DNA from: a virus
Reading direction: 5' to 3' (one strand)
DNA length: 64,000 nt
IMG/VR virus record: IMGVR_UViG_3300029319_000002
Span: 1-64,000 of that record
The position numbers were made by a program, and so were the translations under genes. Below are positions 1 to 8,860 of this stretch, piece by piece; within the stretch, counting starts at the first letter, position 1; each line of letters begins with the position of its first letter. The notes under the pieces are model-generated. The model did no database searches. It had not been told where the DNA came from and worked only from the letters and a program-made list of their open reading frames with translations.

Positions 1-1
1 T

Positions 2-289
2 GGTATTGCGTTTAGTAATAAGAGGTGGTTGCATTTCTTTATGCTCTTTGTTCCTGTTATGGGTCTTTGGACAAGTTCCATCGGTATTATTGGTCTTGCT
101 CTCAACCTTCGTGCTTATGACTTTGTATCCCAAGAACTCAGAGCAGCAGAAGATCCAGAGTTCGAGACCTTCTACACGAAGAACATTCTCTTGAATGAGG
201 GTCTTCGTAATTGGATGGCAACTGTTGATCAACCACATGAAAACTTTGTGTTCCCTGAGGAAGTTCTTCCTAGAGGTAATGCACTGTGA
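2..289 (+). CDS. psbD: Photosystem II D2 protein, 3' part (gene starts before the window)
   Basis: Frame from nt 2 reads [23 protein letters not shown]...[31 protein letters not shown]...[12 protein letters not shown], the D2 C-terminus. Confidence 0.99.
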   Translation, partial: GIAFSNKRWLHFFMLFVPVMGLWTSSIGIIGLALNLRAYDFVSQELRAAEDPEFETFYTKNILLNEGLRNWMATVDQPHENFVFPEEVLPRGNAL

Positions 290-498
290 ATGGATTTGAA
301 GTATTCTTTTATTTCGTTTGCTTTGCTATTATTGCAGGTGGTGCCTTTGCGATGATGTGGGGGAACATTCAATCAATCAATAAGATGATGGATGAACCTC
401 CTAAACCAAAACATCCAGAAGCACCTGATCCTGGTGACGAAGTAATGTATGTGGATTTATCTAGAGAAAGACTTGAGAAACTTTATGAAGATCCATAA
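286..498 (+). CDS. Small membrane protein, DUF2973-like
   Basis: N-terminal TM helix then HPE-containing soluble tail; GTGA overlap with psbD stop; family assignment from memory. Confidence 0.55.
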   Translation: MNGFEVFFYFVCFAIIAGGAFAMMWGNIQSINKMMDEPPKPKHPEAPDPGDEVMYVDLSRERLEKLYEDP

Positions 499-527
499 TT
501 GACAAACTAAATATTTTCTGCTATTCT
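499..527 (+). promoter_or_regulatory. Sigma70-type (early) promoter
   Basis: TTGACA(499-504)-17 bp-TATTCT(522-527). Confidence 0.75.
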
Positions 528-553
528 AGGAGTCCAAAAGGACTCCTTTTTTT
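528..553 (+). terminator. Rho-independent terminator
   Basis: AGGAGTCC-AAAA-GGACTCCT followed by T-run. Confidence 0.8.
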
Positions 554-856
554 ATGAACAAATTCTATCTCTTTTCTAAAAAATCTTGTGGACCTTGTGC
601 TCTTGTAGACAAGTATTTTAATTCAATCAAGCAAGATACCAGCATCATTGAAAAAGTAGATCTGGAAGACTTTGGTAATGATGCTATTCCTCAAGAGAAT
701 CTAGACCTTGCAAAGCGATATGGTATCACTGCCACACCAGTTCTGGTCATTGTTAAAAGTGACGATGATGACTGCGTGCTTGAGGAACATGTTGGTGGAT
801 TAAATATCACACAGAACATTCGCCGTTGTCTTGAAAAATACACTTATAATGATTAA
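554..856 (+). CDS. Thioredoxin/glutaredoxin-fold protein
   Basis: CGPC active-site motif and GITATPVLVI cis-Pro region. Confidence 0.85.
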   Translation: MNKFYLFSKKSCGPCALVDKYFNSIKQDTSIIEKVDLEDFGNDAIPQENLDLAKRYGITATPVLVIVKSDDDDCVLEEHVGGLNITQNIRRCLEKYTYND

Positions 857-960
857 TTTCAGAATTAAGTTAGGGAATCCAGATATACTTTGATAAAAAT
901 ATGGATTTTTTATATCACTTAAAAAATGAATACCTAGATAGGGTAGTCGAGTAAACTAAT

Positions 961-1284
961 ATGAAGTTTTTCTTTGCACTACTAACTATGTTATTTCTTG
1001 CTACACCTGCTTGGGCTGTAGATGTTATGATGGGTGCAGATGGTAACTTGGTTTTTGAACCAGCAGAGGTTACCATTACTGCAGGAGAGTCAGTTCATTT
1101 TGTAAATAATATGCTTCCACCACATAATGTAATTGTGGAAGATCATCCAGAATTGGGTCATGAAGCTCTAGCAATGTTACCGGGTGAAGACTTTGAAGTT
1201 GCATTTTCTGAAACAGGTGACTATACTTATTGGTGTGGTCCCCATAAAGGAGCAGGAATGATTGGCATAGTTCACGTCGAATGA
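961..1284 (+). CDS. petE: Plastocyanin
   Basis: Signal peptide; PHNV and YWCGPHKGAGM copper ligands. Confidence 0.98.
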   Translation: MKFFFALLTMLFLATPAWAVDVMMGADGNLVFEPAEVTITAGESVHFVNNMLPPHNVIVEDHPELGHEALAMLPGEDFEVAFSETGDYTYWCGPHKGAGMIGIVHVE

Positions 1285-1457
1285 ATCCTAACGAAAAAAG
1301 AGAGTTTTATAAACAACTCCGAGAACGAATTAAGCAACTTAGAATGCAACACTTGTTTGAAGAGCCTTGTCCACTTTATGAACCAGAGTGGGAAGAAGAC
1401 CACTATTGGGACTGTAGACTAACCTACGACTACGAAGAAGATGAAGAAATTCAATGA
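1281..1457 (+). CDS. Hypothetical 58-aa acidic protein (not in ORF track)
   Basis: MNPNEKREFYKQLRERIKQLRMQHLFEEPCPLYEPEW...; ATGA coupling to petE, fills the gap to ptoX. Confidence 0.7.
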   Translation: MNPNEKREFYKQLRERIKQLRMQHLFEEPCPLYEPEWEEDHYWDCRLTYDYEEDEEIQ

Positions 1458-1947
1458 AATTGTTTTAAACATAACAGTTACGATCATTGATTACCTCTAT
1501 AGAGGCAGACATTTTCAACGATTTTGGGTTCTTGAAGAAATTGCCAGAGCACCTTACTTTGCTTTTTTAAGTGTTCTACATTTAAGAGAGTCTTTAGGTT
1601 TGCGTGGTCCAGAACATCTATACTTGATGAAAGAACACTTCGCACAAACTGTCAATGAAACAGAACACTTAGAATATATGGAAAGTCGAGATGGTAATCG
1701 GTATTGGATTGACCGATTTTTTGCTAGGCATCTCGTACTCATTTATTATTGGGTCAATGTGGTTTATTATTGGGTGGCTCCTAAGTCTGCATATCACTTG
1801 TCTTATGAAGTAGAAATTCATGCCTCTGTGACTTATGCAAAATATCTTGCACTTGAAGATCCAGATAATCAAGACATAGTTAGAATTATGAATGATGAAA
1901 TCCAACACTCTCAAGAATTAAAAGAAGCAATGGAGATGATTCGATGA
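1441..1947 (+). CDS. ptoX: Plastoquinol terminal oxidase
   Basis: RFWVLEEIARAPYFAF, NETEHL and DEIQHS di-iron carboxylate motifs of the AOX/PTOX family. Confidence 0.96.
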   Translation: MKKFNEIVLNITVTIIDYLYRGRHFQRFWVLEEIARAPYFAFLSVLHLRESLGLRGPEHLYLMKEHFAQTVNETEHLEYMESRDGNRYWIDRFFARHLVLIYYWVNVVYYWVAPKSAYHLSYEVEIHASVTYAKYLALEDPDNQDIVRIMNDEIQHSQELKEAMEMIR

Positions 1948-2027
1948 CAACGTTTTTTATAATTCTTCTCGTTTCATTATTAGTTGGTGGTATGCAACTA
2001 ACATGGCCCACTAAGTATCATAAGTAA
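1944..2027 (+). CDS. 27-aa single-TM microprotein (not in ORF track)
   Basis: MTTFFIILLVSLLVGGMQLTWPTKYHK; ATGA coupling upstream, TAAATG junction downstream. Confidence 0.55.
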   Translation: MTTFFIILLVSLLVGGMQLTWPTKYHK

Positions 2028-2261
2028 ATGTCTAAACAAAAAGATTGGATATGGGAAGGAGGTCCAATAGAACCTCCTCATAGAATTACTAAACAAGAAG
2101 TTCAGGAGATGATCGATGATGCCATACGAAAACATAATCGTAATGCTTCAATTATCAGCATGTGTGTTGGTTGGGTTGTTCTTGCACTTTTTGCTGAAGG
2201 TCTCCTTCGACTTATCGGAGTAATTGACCCTATATTCCCATGGCTCAAGATAAACTTATAG
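2028..2261 (+). CDS. Hypothetical membrane protein
   Basis: Abuts previous stop; C-terminal TM segment. Confidence 0.65.
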   Translation: MSKQKDWIWEGGPIEPPHRITKQEVQEMIDDAIRKHNRNASIISMCVGWVVLALFAEGLLRLIGVIDPIFPWLKINL

Positions 2262-2443
2262 AGTGGGTAGGAATTGTTACTGCAATTTTATTTGGATTGA
2301 CTATGATATGTCAAGGCCACTTTATATTCCATCAGAAACATGGATACTCCCGAAAAGAAACAGAAAACCAAGAAGCAAGAGACCGAATTAGACGACAAGT
2401 CGAAAAGGTCATTAGAGATCGAAAAAATGATTCATCCACATGA
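2240..2443 (+). CDS. Hypothetical membrane protein
   Basis: N-terminal TM, basic tail; short overlaps with neighbours. Confidence 0.5.
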   Translation: MAQDKLIEWVGIVTAILFGLTMICQGHFIFHQKHGYSRKETENQEARDRIRRQVEKVIRDRKNDSST

Positions 2444-2609
2444 TGATGAACCAGATCCGACTGCTTATATGGGCAATTATAACTTTCCACAAATGTTATT
2501 TGCATTCTGTCTAGGATTTGTTACCATGTTTGTATTGTTTGCTGATGAACTAAATGATTTTAAGGGATGTCCCTTTCCAGAATATTTTCAAGAAGAGGTA
2601 AAAGGATGA
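2427..2609 (+). CDS. Hypothetical membrane protein
   Basis: Start moved to ATG 2427 to minimise overlap; one TM segment. Confidence 0.55.
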   Translation: MIHPHDDEPDPTAYMGNYNFPQMLFAFCLGFVTMFVLFADELNDFKGCPFPEYFQEEVKG

Positions 2610-2773
2610 GTAGATTTAAAGACTTTACAGAAGAAGAACATCGAATGCTTGCAGAAGCACTTTGGAAAAAACAGAGATCATTCATCGCAGGTGATAGAAT
2701 GTTTAAATTATACGAAAAACTTCTTAATGAAGTTCTAGATCAAATTGATTATGTTCCTGGGAGGGTACTATGA
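2606..2773 (+). CDS. Hypothetical protein
   Basis: ATGA coupling at both ends. Confidence 0.6.
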   Translation: MSRFKDFTEEEHRMLAEALWKKQRSFIAGDRMFKLYEKLLNEVLDQIDYVPGRVL

Positions 2774-3816
2774 AAGTAGGATTGATTGGATTAGGTCGTA
2801 TGGGTGAGGGAATGTCTCGCCGCATGATTAAAGCAGGTATCGAAGTACATGGGTATCGTAACAATGTTAAAAAAGCTGAAGAACAATATGAAAAGGGTTA
2901 TATTAGTGGATATACCACTTCTTTGGAAAGCCTTGTTCAAGTAGTACACACTGGTACGGGTGTATTTACTGATACTGTGAGATCTCCTGGAGTCTTTATG
3001 ATGGTAGTACCAGCAGAAACAGTAGAGGACACACTCAATGAGTTATTACAGTTTTGTGTGGAAGGAGATATTATTATTGATCATGGCAATAGCAATTTTA
3101 AGGACTCTCGCAGACGGGCAGACAGGTTATCTAAACTTGGGATGTCGTATCTTGACTGCGGTACTAGTGGTGGTGTTTACGGTTTGGAGCGTGGATACTG
3201 TCTTATGGTTGGTGGTGCAAATTTTGCAGTATCCGCCTGCTCTCCAATCTTTAGGGCACTCGCACCAGGTATCAGTGGAGCTCCAAGAACCGATCCTTTC
3301 GGTTATGAGACCTCTGCTGAGCATGGTTGGCTCCATTGTGGACCTCCAGGTGCTGGTCACTTCGTAAAAATGGTTCATAATGGAATCGAATACGGAATCA
3401 TGCAAGCATACGCAGAGGGATTTAATATCCTACATGAAGCAAATGCTGGATCACAATACGTTAAAGAGGGAGATGCTGAAGTTGCTCCAATGGATAACCC
3501 AGAGGACTATCAGTATGATATTGACTGTTCTGAAGTGGCTGAGTTATGGCGTCGTGGTAGTGTGGTTGGGTCTTGGTTGCTCGATCTTACCGCTAATGTA
3601 TTACGCAGGGATAGAGAGCTTAGCAAGTTCGATGGGGGAGTATCAGACAGTGGTGAGGGTCGTTGGACTGTTCACGCTGCTGTGGATCTTGGCGTACCCT
3701 CTCCTGTTATCAGCAGTGCGTTGTGGTCACGTTTTGAGTCACGCCGTTTGGGTGCTTTCGCAGCCAAGGTTTTAAATGGAATGAGAGCAATGTTTGGGGG
3801 GCATGAAGTACGATGA
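2770..3816 (+). CDS. gnd: 6-phosphogluconate dehydrogenase (decarboxylating)
   Basis: GLIGLGRMG Rossmann motif; IIIDHGNS, GTSGG, KMVHNGIEYG. Confidence 0.98.
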   Translation: MKVGLIGLGRMGEGMSRRMIKAGIEVHGYRNNVKKAEEQYEKGYISGYTTSLESLVQVVHTGTGVFTDTVRSPGVFMMVVPAETVEDTLNELLQFCVEGDIIIDHGNSNFKDSRRRADRLSKLGMSYLDCGTSGGVYGLERGYCLMVGGANFAVSACSPIFRALAPGISGAPRTDPFGYETSAEHGWLHCGPPGAGHFVKMVHNGIEYGIMQAYAEGFNILHEANAGSQYVKEGDAEVAPMDNPEDYQYDIDCSEVAELWRRGSVVGSWLLDLTANVLRRDRELSKFDGGVSDSGEGRWTVHAAVDLGVPSPVISSALWSRFESRRLGAFAAKVLNGMRAMFGGHEVR

Positions 3817-4025
3817 AGTATCAGTTAACTCTGATATTATGCTTTACACCATTGATGATCATCTACATAGTGATGAAGTTATCCGTATGGATTTCTGCCG
3901 TAAATGCTGAACAGGATTATGTCAGAAAAGAACCATTACGAAAACGAGGACCCTTTGTGGAAAATGCATATGCAGATGTTGACGAAAAGGAAGAAGAATA
4001 TGGAGATCGCACAGACTATAAATGA
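3813..4025 (+). CDS. Hypothetical membrane protein
   Basis: ATGA coupling to gnd; N-terminal TM. Confidence 0.6.
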   Translation: MKYQLTLILCFTPLMIIYIVMKLSVWISAVNAEQDYVRKEPLRKRGPFVENAYADVDEKEEEYGDRTDYK

Positions 4026-4143
4026 AGTGCTTTTTAGGTATTATTCTGATAAAGGTGAACCTGTTCCTAACTGGAGGATTCGTAAAGATCCTGATTGGTG
4101 GATAGAATACTTACAATCTCTAAAAAAAGATGACTTTAGCTAA
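4000..4143 (+). CDS. Hypothetical protein
   Basis: MEIAQTINEVLFRYYSDKGEPVPNW...; start refined to ATG 4000. Confidence 0.55.
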   Translation: MEIAQTINEVLFRYYSDKGEPVPNWRIRKDPDWWIEYLQSLKKDDFS

Positions 4144-4261
4144 TGCTCTCGCATGGATTTCGATACCCTTTGTACTATCCACAGTATATTTCGGGATACG
4201 AAAAGGTGAAAATGACTACTACGAAACTGACAAATACAATGGAAACGGAACCGCTCACTAA
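4130..4261 (+). CDS. ndhP: NDH-1L small subunit NdhP homolog, 43 aa (not in ORF track)
   Basis: MTLANALAWISIPFVLSTVYFGIRKGENDYYETDKYNGNGTAH: one TM plus a tail matching cyanobacterial NdhP (FFG..NGFYDTD.YHGNGSAH, recalled). Confidence 0.85.
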   Translation: MTLANALAWISIPFVLSTVYFGIRKGENDYYETDKYNGNGTAH

Positions 4262-5573
4262 AGGTATAGTAATTTTCGGTGCAACCGGAGATCTATGCAA
4301 AAAGAAATTAATTCCCGCATTATATAAACTTTGGGAGAAAAAACTTCTTCCAAGTTCTTTTGTAATTACGGGTGCATCTAGGAGAGATCCTGGTAGAGAT
4401 GTTTGGTTAGAAACTTTGGGTGATTATCCTCAAGATTTTGTTGATCTTCTTGATTATGTTTCATGTGATTTAGATGATATAGAAAGTTTAAATCATCTTC
4501 CAGAAACAGATGATACAACTTATTTCTTATCCGTTCCACCAGAGAGGTATGAAAATGCCATCACCAACCTCAAAGAATCAGGACTCCTCGACAACCCGGA
4601 AACCTCCCGTGTTGTTATTGAAAAACCCTTTGGGTACGATTTTAAATCTGCTAATCATTTACAGTCAGTGGTGGGCAGACATCTACGCGAGAAACAAGTT
4701 TATCGCATTGACCATTATCTTGGTAAAGATACTGTCAATAATATTCTTGCTACCCGTTTTGGTAATATACTTCTTGAACCACTTTGGAACAGGGAGTATA
4801 TAGAAGAAGTTCAGATCTTTGCAACTGAAACTATTGGTTGTGAAGGTCGTTCACAATACTATGAAGGTGCAGGTGTAGTTAGAGACATGTTGCAGAATCA
4901 TATGCTTCAGGTTCTTGCATTGATTGCGATGGAGGCACCTTGTAGAATGGATGCAAAAGAAATTCGTAGAGAAAAAGTTAAAGTTTTATCTGCCACTCGT
5001 TTAGGTGTAAAATTAATCTGTGGACAATATGACACATACAAATCTGAAGAGGGCGTTGATCCTCGGAGTCACACTCCTACCTTCGTTGCTGGTGATCTTT
5101 ATATTGATAACTGGCGTTGGAAGGGAGTTCCTTTTCACTTCATGACAGGAAAGAAAATGCCTTATGGGTGTGTAGAAGTTGTGATTAAACTTAAAGCACC
5201 ACCTCTCGGATTATTTGAGGGAGAGATTCCAGGTCGCATTGTTATGAGACTTCAACCTCATGCACATCTTGATATTCAAATTGATGTGAAGTCTCCTGGA
5301 CTTGGTGATTCTGTTGAATTAGCAACCCTGACTCATCGATATCCTGATTGGCTTGGTGTTGATGGATATGAAAAACTTCTTTATGATGCTATTGAAGATG
5401 ATCAATCTCACTTTGTTCACTCAGAAGAAGTATTAGAATCATGGAGAATTGTTAATGAGTTACTTTGCACCGGAGAATCTTGTCCAATTAGAACTGTCCC
5501 CTATATCTATCTTGGTGGATGGGGTCCGCAACATAAAGTGGATCAGATTACAAAATGGGATTATCCTGCATGA
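4239..5573 (+). CDS. zwf: Glucose-6-phosphate dehydrogenase
   Basis: IFGATGDLCKKKL, RIDHYLGK, RDMLQNH, RWKGVPF; start refined to ATG 4239. Confidence 0.98.
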   Translation: METEPLTKGIVIFGATGDLCKKKLIPALYKLWEKKLLPSSFVITGASRRDPGRDVWLETLGDYPQDFVDLLDYVSCDLDDIESLNHLPETDDTTYFLSVPPERYENAITNLKESGLLDNPETSRVVIEKPFGYDFKSANHLQSVVGRHLREKQVYRIDHYLGKDTVNNILATRFGNILLEPLWNREYIEEVQIFATETIGCEGRSQYYEGAGVVRDMLQNHMLQVLALIAMEAPCRMDAKEIRREKVKVLSATRLGVKLICGQYDTYKSEEGVDPRSHTPTFVAGDLYIDNWRWKGVPFHFMTGKKMPYGCVEVVIKLKAPPLGLFEGEIPGRIVMRLQPHAHLDIQIDVKSPGLGDSVELATLTHRYPDWLGVDGYEKLLYDAIEDDQSHFVHSEEVLESWRIVNELLCTGESCPIRTVPYIYLGGWGPQHKVDQITKWDYPA

Positions 5574-5602
5574 TTGACAAGCACACTTAAAGGTTGTATA
5601 AT
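5574..5602 (+). promoter_or_regulatory. Consensus sigma70 promoter for talC
   Basis: TTGACA-17 bp-TATAAT. Confidence 0.9.
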
Positions 5603-5625
5603 ATAAAAGAGGTTTATTCAAAATA

Positions 5626-6276
5626 ATGAAAATTTTTCTAGATACTGCAGACACTGAAGTTATCACAAAGCATTTTGAAACTGGTCTCATTGATGGAGTA
5701 ACTACTAATCCATCACTTATCATGAAGTCTGGACGCAACCCTGATGATGTATATCAGGAACTGAAAGATCTCGGTGTTCGTGACATCAGTATGGAAGTCA
5801 TGGGAACTGCTGACGATATGATTACTGAAGGTATGCGATTGTTCAAAAAGTTTGAACACTGCAGCACCATTAAGGTTCCTCTTACGCGTGATGGTTTAAT
5901 CGCCTGTCGTCAACTTTACACTAATGGTGCAAATGTTAACGTAACTTTGATCTTCTCTGCCGCACAAGCAATTCTTGCTGCTAATGCAGGTGCTCGGTAC
6001 GTTTCTCCTTTTGTAGGAAGACTTGATGATCAGTCTGTTGCTGGTCTTGAGGTAGTTCGTTCCATTGCTGATATGTATCGTATTCATGGTTGTCCTACTC
6101 AGGTTCTTGCAGCATCAATCCGTAGTGTTCAACGTGCTGTGCGTTCTTGGTATAATGGTGCCAGTATTGTAACAATGCCACCAAAAATCTTTGAACAGAT
6201 GTATGATCATATTCTAACGGACAAAGGTCTCGAAATCTTTGATCGTGATGCTGCCCAAATTAAACCGAACCTATGA
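5626..6276 (+). CDS. talC: Transaldolase (TalC/FSA family)
   Basis: MKIFLDTAD, GVTTNPSL, TIKVP, YVSPFVGRLDD. Confidence 0.98.
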   Translation: MKIFLDTADTEVITKHFETGLIDGVTTNPSLIMKSGRNPDDVYQELKDLGVRDISMEVMGTADDMITEGMRLFKKFEHCSTIKVPLTRDGLIACRQLYTNGANVNVTLIFSAAQAILAANAGARYVSPFVGRLDDQSVAGLEVVRSIADMYRIHGCPTQVLAASIRSVQRAVRSWYNGASIVTMPPKIFEQMYDHILTDKGLEIFDRDAAQIKPNL

Positions 6277-6524
6277 TTCATCCAGAAATAGCAGAAATCG
6301 CACTCCCAACTGGTGCTGAACTAATTGATGAAGTTTTCTATGTATGGGAAACTCGTTTTGGTCTCCACTCCACAATGACTGTAGAAGGTCGTAAAATGCT
6401 TACTGGACTTGATAGAAAAGCTGTCATTGATATGACTCGATGGCATCTTAAGTGCGAGCAAGATGGCACTTTAGATCAGTATACAAGAGTGGTAAATAGT
6501 GGAGTAGTCGGTGGAAAACTGTGA
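6273..6524 (+). CDS. Hypothetical protein
   Basis: ATGA coupling to talC. Confidence 0.7.
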   Translation: MIHPEIAEIALPTGAELIDEVFYVWETRFGLHSTMTVEGRKMLTGLDRKAVIDMTRWHLKCEQDGTLDQYTRVVNSGVVGGKL

Positions 6525-6530
6525 ACTAAG

Positions 6531-6689
6531 ATGAATAACAAGCAACGAGACGCATTGGGACTTTTCATTGAAAGTGTCCACAAACCCGATCATGAATTGA
6601 GACAGTGTGCTCATAATCAAAAATGTTACTACGAACTTCTTGAGTGGAGATCAAAAGTATTAGAATATCTAAAATCTCAATACAACTAA
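6531..6689 (+). CDS. Hypothetical 52-aa protein (not in ORF track)
   Basis: MNNKQRDALGLFIESVHKPDHELRQCAHNQKCYYELLEWRSKVLEYLKSQYN fills the intergenic gap. Confidence 0.7.
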   Translation: MNNKQRDALGLFIESVHKPDHELRQCAHNQKCYYELLEWRSKVLEYLKSQYN

Positions 6690-6716
6690 TAAATATCCTT
6701 GTGAACATAACATATT

Positions 6717-6911
6717 ATGGACTACAAACCTTACTCACCAGAATGGCATCGTAAAAGATACCTAAAGGAAGCAATTGACAAGTATCTTGACGATTATGTT
6801 GAGAATGATATTATTGTACGAGATATTCTGGACATTGTTTGTGATCGTCAAGAACGAGCACATGCAGAGTATCATAAACTTGAAGATCTAGAATTAAAAT
6901 TGCGGGACTAA
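6717..6911 (+). CDS. Hypothetical protein
   Basis: ORF downstream of ATAAATA late-like motif. Confidence 0.7.
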   Translation: MDYKPYSPEWHRKRYLKEAIDKYLDDYVENDIIVRDILDIVCDRQERAHAEYHKLEDLELKLRD

Positions 6912-6912
6912 T

Positions 6913-7227
6913 ATGCTATCAACCCAATACAGACTCCGACTGGAATTCATCTGTAAAAAGATCGCAAACAAAGAAGAGGTAAAACTAGAGGATATGATCT
7001 GGGCAGAAAAACTTGCCAAGGCACATACCACTGCTAGAGACTGGTTAAACAAAGCACGTCGTCAAGCTGCTCAAGATATTCAAGAGGGTAGTGTAGATGA
7101 TTTTATGAACAAGATGGGATTAGGAGATCCTGATCCGTCTAATTATAAAACAGGGTTTGATGGTGCAGAAGATATCAAAGATTGGTTTAAAAGAGATAAA
7201 CCCGATGATTGGAGGCAACGTGATTGA
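6913..7227 (+). CDS. Hypothetical protein of a type common in cyanomyoviruses
   Basis: 104-aa ORF adjoining the previous gene. Confidence 0.75.
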   Translation: MLSTQYRLRLEFICKKIANKEEVKLEDMIWAEKLAKAHTTARDWLNKARRQAAQDIQEGSVDDFMNKMGLGDPDPSNYKTGFDGAEDIKDWFKRDKPDDWRQRD

Positions 7228-7463
7228 TGGCCAGAACTAATCGCAATCTACCTTATGACGGATCTCCTATGAGGAAGATTCGTAGTAAGAATGAAAAGTC
7301 TCAACTTGAAGACATTCTTAATAATCCCGAACTCAAAGATTTACCTGTTAGTAAAGTAAATCGAATGATGTCTCGTCGTGGTGAAAGTGGTAGACTACCC
7401 GATGCATGGGATGACCTTACAGTTTCTGCTTATTATGAAATGGATTGGAGGCAACATGATTGA
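7207..7463 (+). repeat. 21-bp direct repeats flanking one ORF
   Basis: GATTGGAGGCAACGTGATTGA (7207-7227) and GATTGGAGGCAACATGATTGA (7443-7463), 20/21 identical. Confidence 0.85.
7227..7463 (+). CDS. Hypothetical protein between direct repeats
   Basis: TGATG coupling; ends DWRQHD, echoing DWRQRD of the upstream gene. Confidence 0.65.
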   Translation: MARTNRNLPYDGSPMRKIRSKNEKSQLEDILNNPELKDLPVSKVNRMMSRRGESGRLPDAWDDLTVSAYYEMDWRQHD

Positions 7464-7641
7464 AGATCCCCGTGCAGAATACGAAGAAAAATGGAAAGTG
7501 GCAACAAATAAGGTGATTGTTGAAAATCTTATTGAAAAGATTGAAGAACTTTTAAATGGTAAAGCAACCTATCATATTTGTTGTGATAGAACCACTCAAC
7601 ATGAAAAGATAGTAATCGAATATAACCACAAAAAGAAATGA
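7456..7641 (+). CDS. Hypothetical protein
   Basis: GGAGG SD 4 nt before ATG 7456. Confidence 0.7.
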   Translation: MIEDPRAEYEEKWKVATNKVIVENLIEKIEELLNGKATYHICCDRTTQHEKIVIEYNHKKK

Positions 7642-7877
7642 CAGAAACAGTAGTAATTTACAGCAACGGTAGTCAGGAGTGTGAACGAATGGCAATGCTT
7701 CTTAGGTCACTTGAGGGTCAATTTCTAGAATATAAATTAAATAGTCACTTTACACAGAAAGGATTTGAAGCAGAATTTGGTAAAGATGCTGAATATCCAC
7801 AAATTAATATTGGATATACACATGTTGGTGGTATGAAACAAACCTTACAGTTCATGAAAGATAAAGGACTTTTCTAA
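7638..7877 (+). CDS. Glutaredoxin-fold protein lacking CxxC
   Basis: VVIYS...YPQINIGYTHVGG glutaredoxin signature; single Cys. Confidence 0.7.
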   Translation: MTETVVIYSNGSQECERMAMLLRSLEGQFLEYKLNSHFTQKGFEAEFGKDAEYPQINIGYTHVGGMKQTLQFMKDKGLF

Positions 7878-8341
7878 TGGGAATGTTTGATCAAATTCGC
7901 AACGATTATAAACCTCTTGGTCCAGAGTTTCAAGGAGTTCTGCAAACAAAAGACCTTGATAATTTAATGGATTGGTATTATATTGATCCATCTGGAAAAC
8001 TATCTTTAGTGGAATATTCAGGCACTCAGGACTTTGTTCCTAGAGAGTGCAATGATAGAATGTTCCCACTTATGAATTGGAAACCAAACGGAAACCATGG
8101 AAGAGTGATGGCTTGCACTCTTACTGATACTGTGGTAGTATATCCAGAGAAATGGGATGGGGATTGGACCCAAACACCTGAATGCTGTATCCACTTCGTG
8201 GATGGTAGGATTCAGAACTTTTATCATGGAAAACATTTTCAAATTGGCAGTACAGGTCGCAAAGCAATCTCCTTCAAAAAAGAAGGTGGGTGCTGTTCTA
8301 CTGAAGAAAAACAGGGTGATTGCGACTGCGGTAAATCTTGA
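7877..8341 (+). CDS. Hypothetical phage protein (3' end overlaps the deaminase)
   Basis: TAATG coupling; MGMFD...QTKDLD N-terminus. Confidence 0.6.
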   Translation: MGMFDQIRNDYKPLGPEFQGVLQTKDLDNLMDWYYIDPSGKLSLVEYSGTQDFVPRECNDRMFPLMNWKPNGNHGRVMACTLTDTVVVYPEKWDGDWTQTPECCIHFVDGRIQNFYHGKHFQIGSTGRKAISFKKEGGCCSTEEKQGDCDCGKS

Positions 8342-8615
8342 GACTAAGACTCATCCCGTTCAAGCATTTTGGGCAGAAAAAGTAGGTCGTCCTGAAAAAA
8401 TCTTTCTTCATGCTGAATTAAATGCTTTGATTAAAGCAAAAGATAAAGCAGATAAGATTGTAGTCGCAAGACTTGGAGGACTTAATTATACTGAACTAAG
8501 AATGTCTAAACCTTGTCCAGTTTGCTCTGCATATCTTCGTGAGTGTGGGGTTCAGCATATCTACTATAGTGTGACTAACAACAAATTTACTTACGAATAC
8601 TGGGAGAAAGACTAA
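8226..8615 (+). CDS. Zn-dependent cytidine/dCMP deaminase-superfamily protein
   Basis: KVGAVL, HAELNAL and KPCPVC motifs; start refined to ATG 8226. Confidence 0.88.
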   Translation: MENIFKLAVQVAKQSPSKKKVGAVLLKKNRVIATAVNLETKTHPVQAFWAEKVGRPEKIFLHAELNALIKAKDKADKIVVARLGGLNYTELRMSKPCPVCSAYLRECGVQHIYYSVTNNKFTYEYWEKD

Positions 8616-8860
8616 TGGAAGACTTTTATGTTTATTCAAAAGACGAGTGTATATTTTGTAGGCAAATAAGACAAGTTTTTCTTTTGAAAGGTATTTCATT
8701 TCAAGAAATGAAACTTGATAAGGACTTTGATTTAGAAACTTTTAAGGAAAAATTTAAAAGTTCAAAGTCTAAATCTTTCCCACAAATTCTCCACGGTGAA
8801 AAATATGTTGGAGGATTTATTGATACAATCAAATATTTAAAAGAAGAAAAAATTATCTAA
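8615..8860 (+). CDS. Glutaredoxin
   Basis: CIFC, SFPQI, YVGGF. Confidence 0.9.
   Translation: MEDFYVYSKDECIFCRQIRQVFLLKGISFQEMKLDKDFDLETFKEKFKSSKSKSFPQILHGEKYVGGFIDTIKYLKEEKII

Noticed and set aside
4143-4238. N-terminal extension of zwf in the ORF track
   Set aside because: No G6PDH similarity before METEPLTKGIVIFG; the region is better explained by ndhP in another frame
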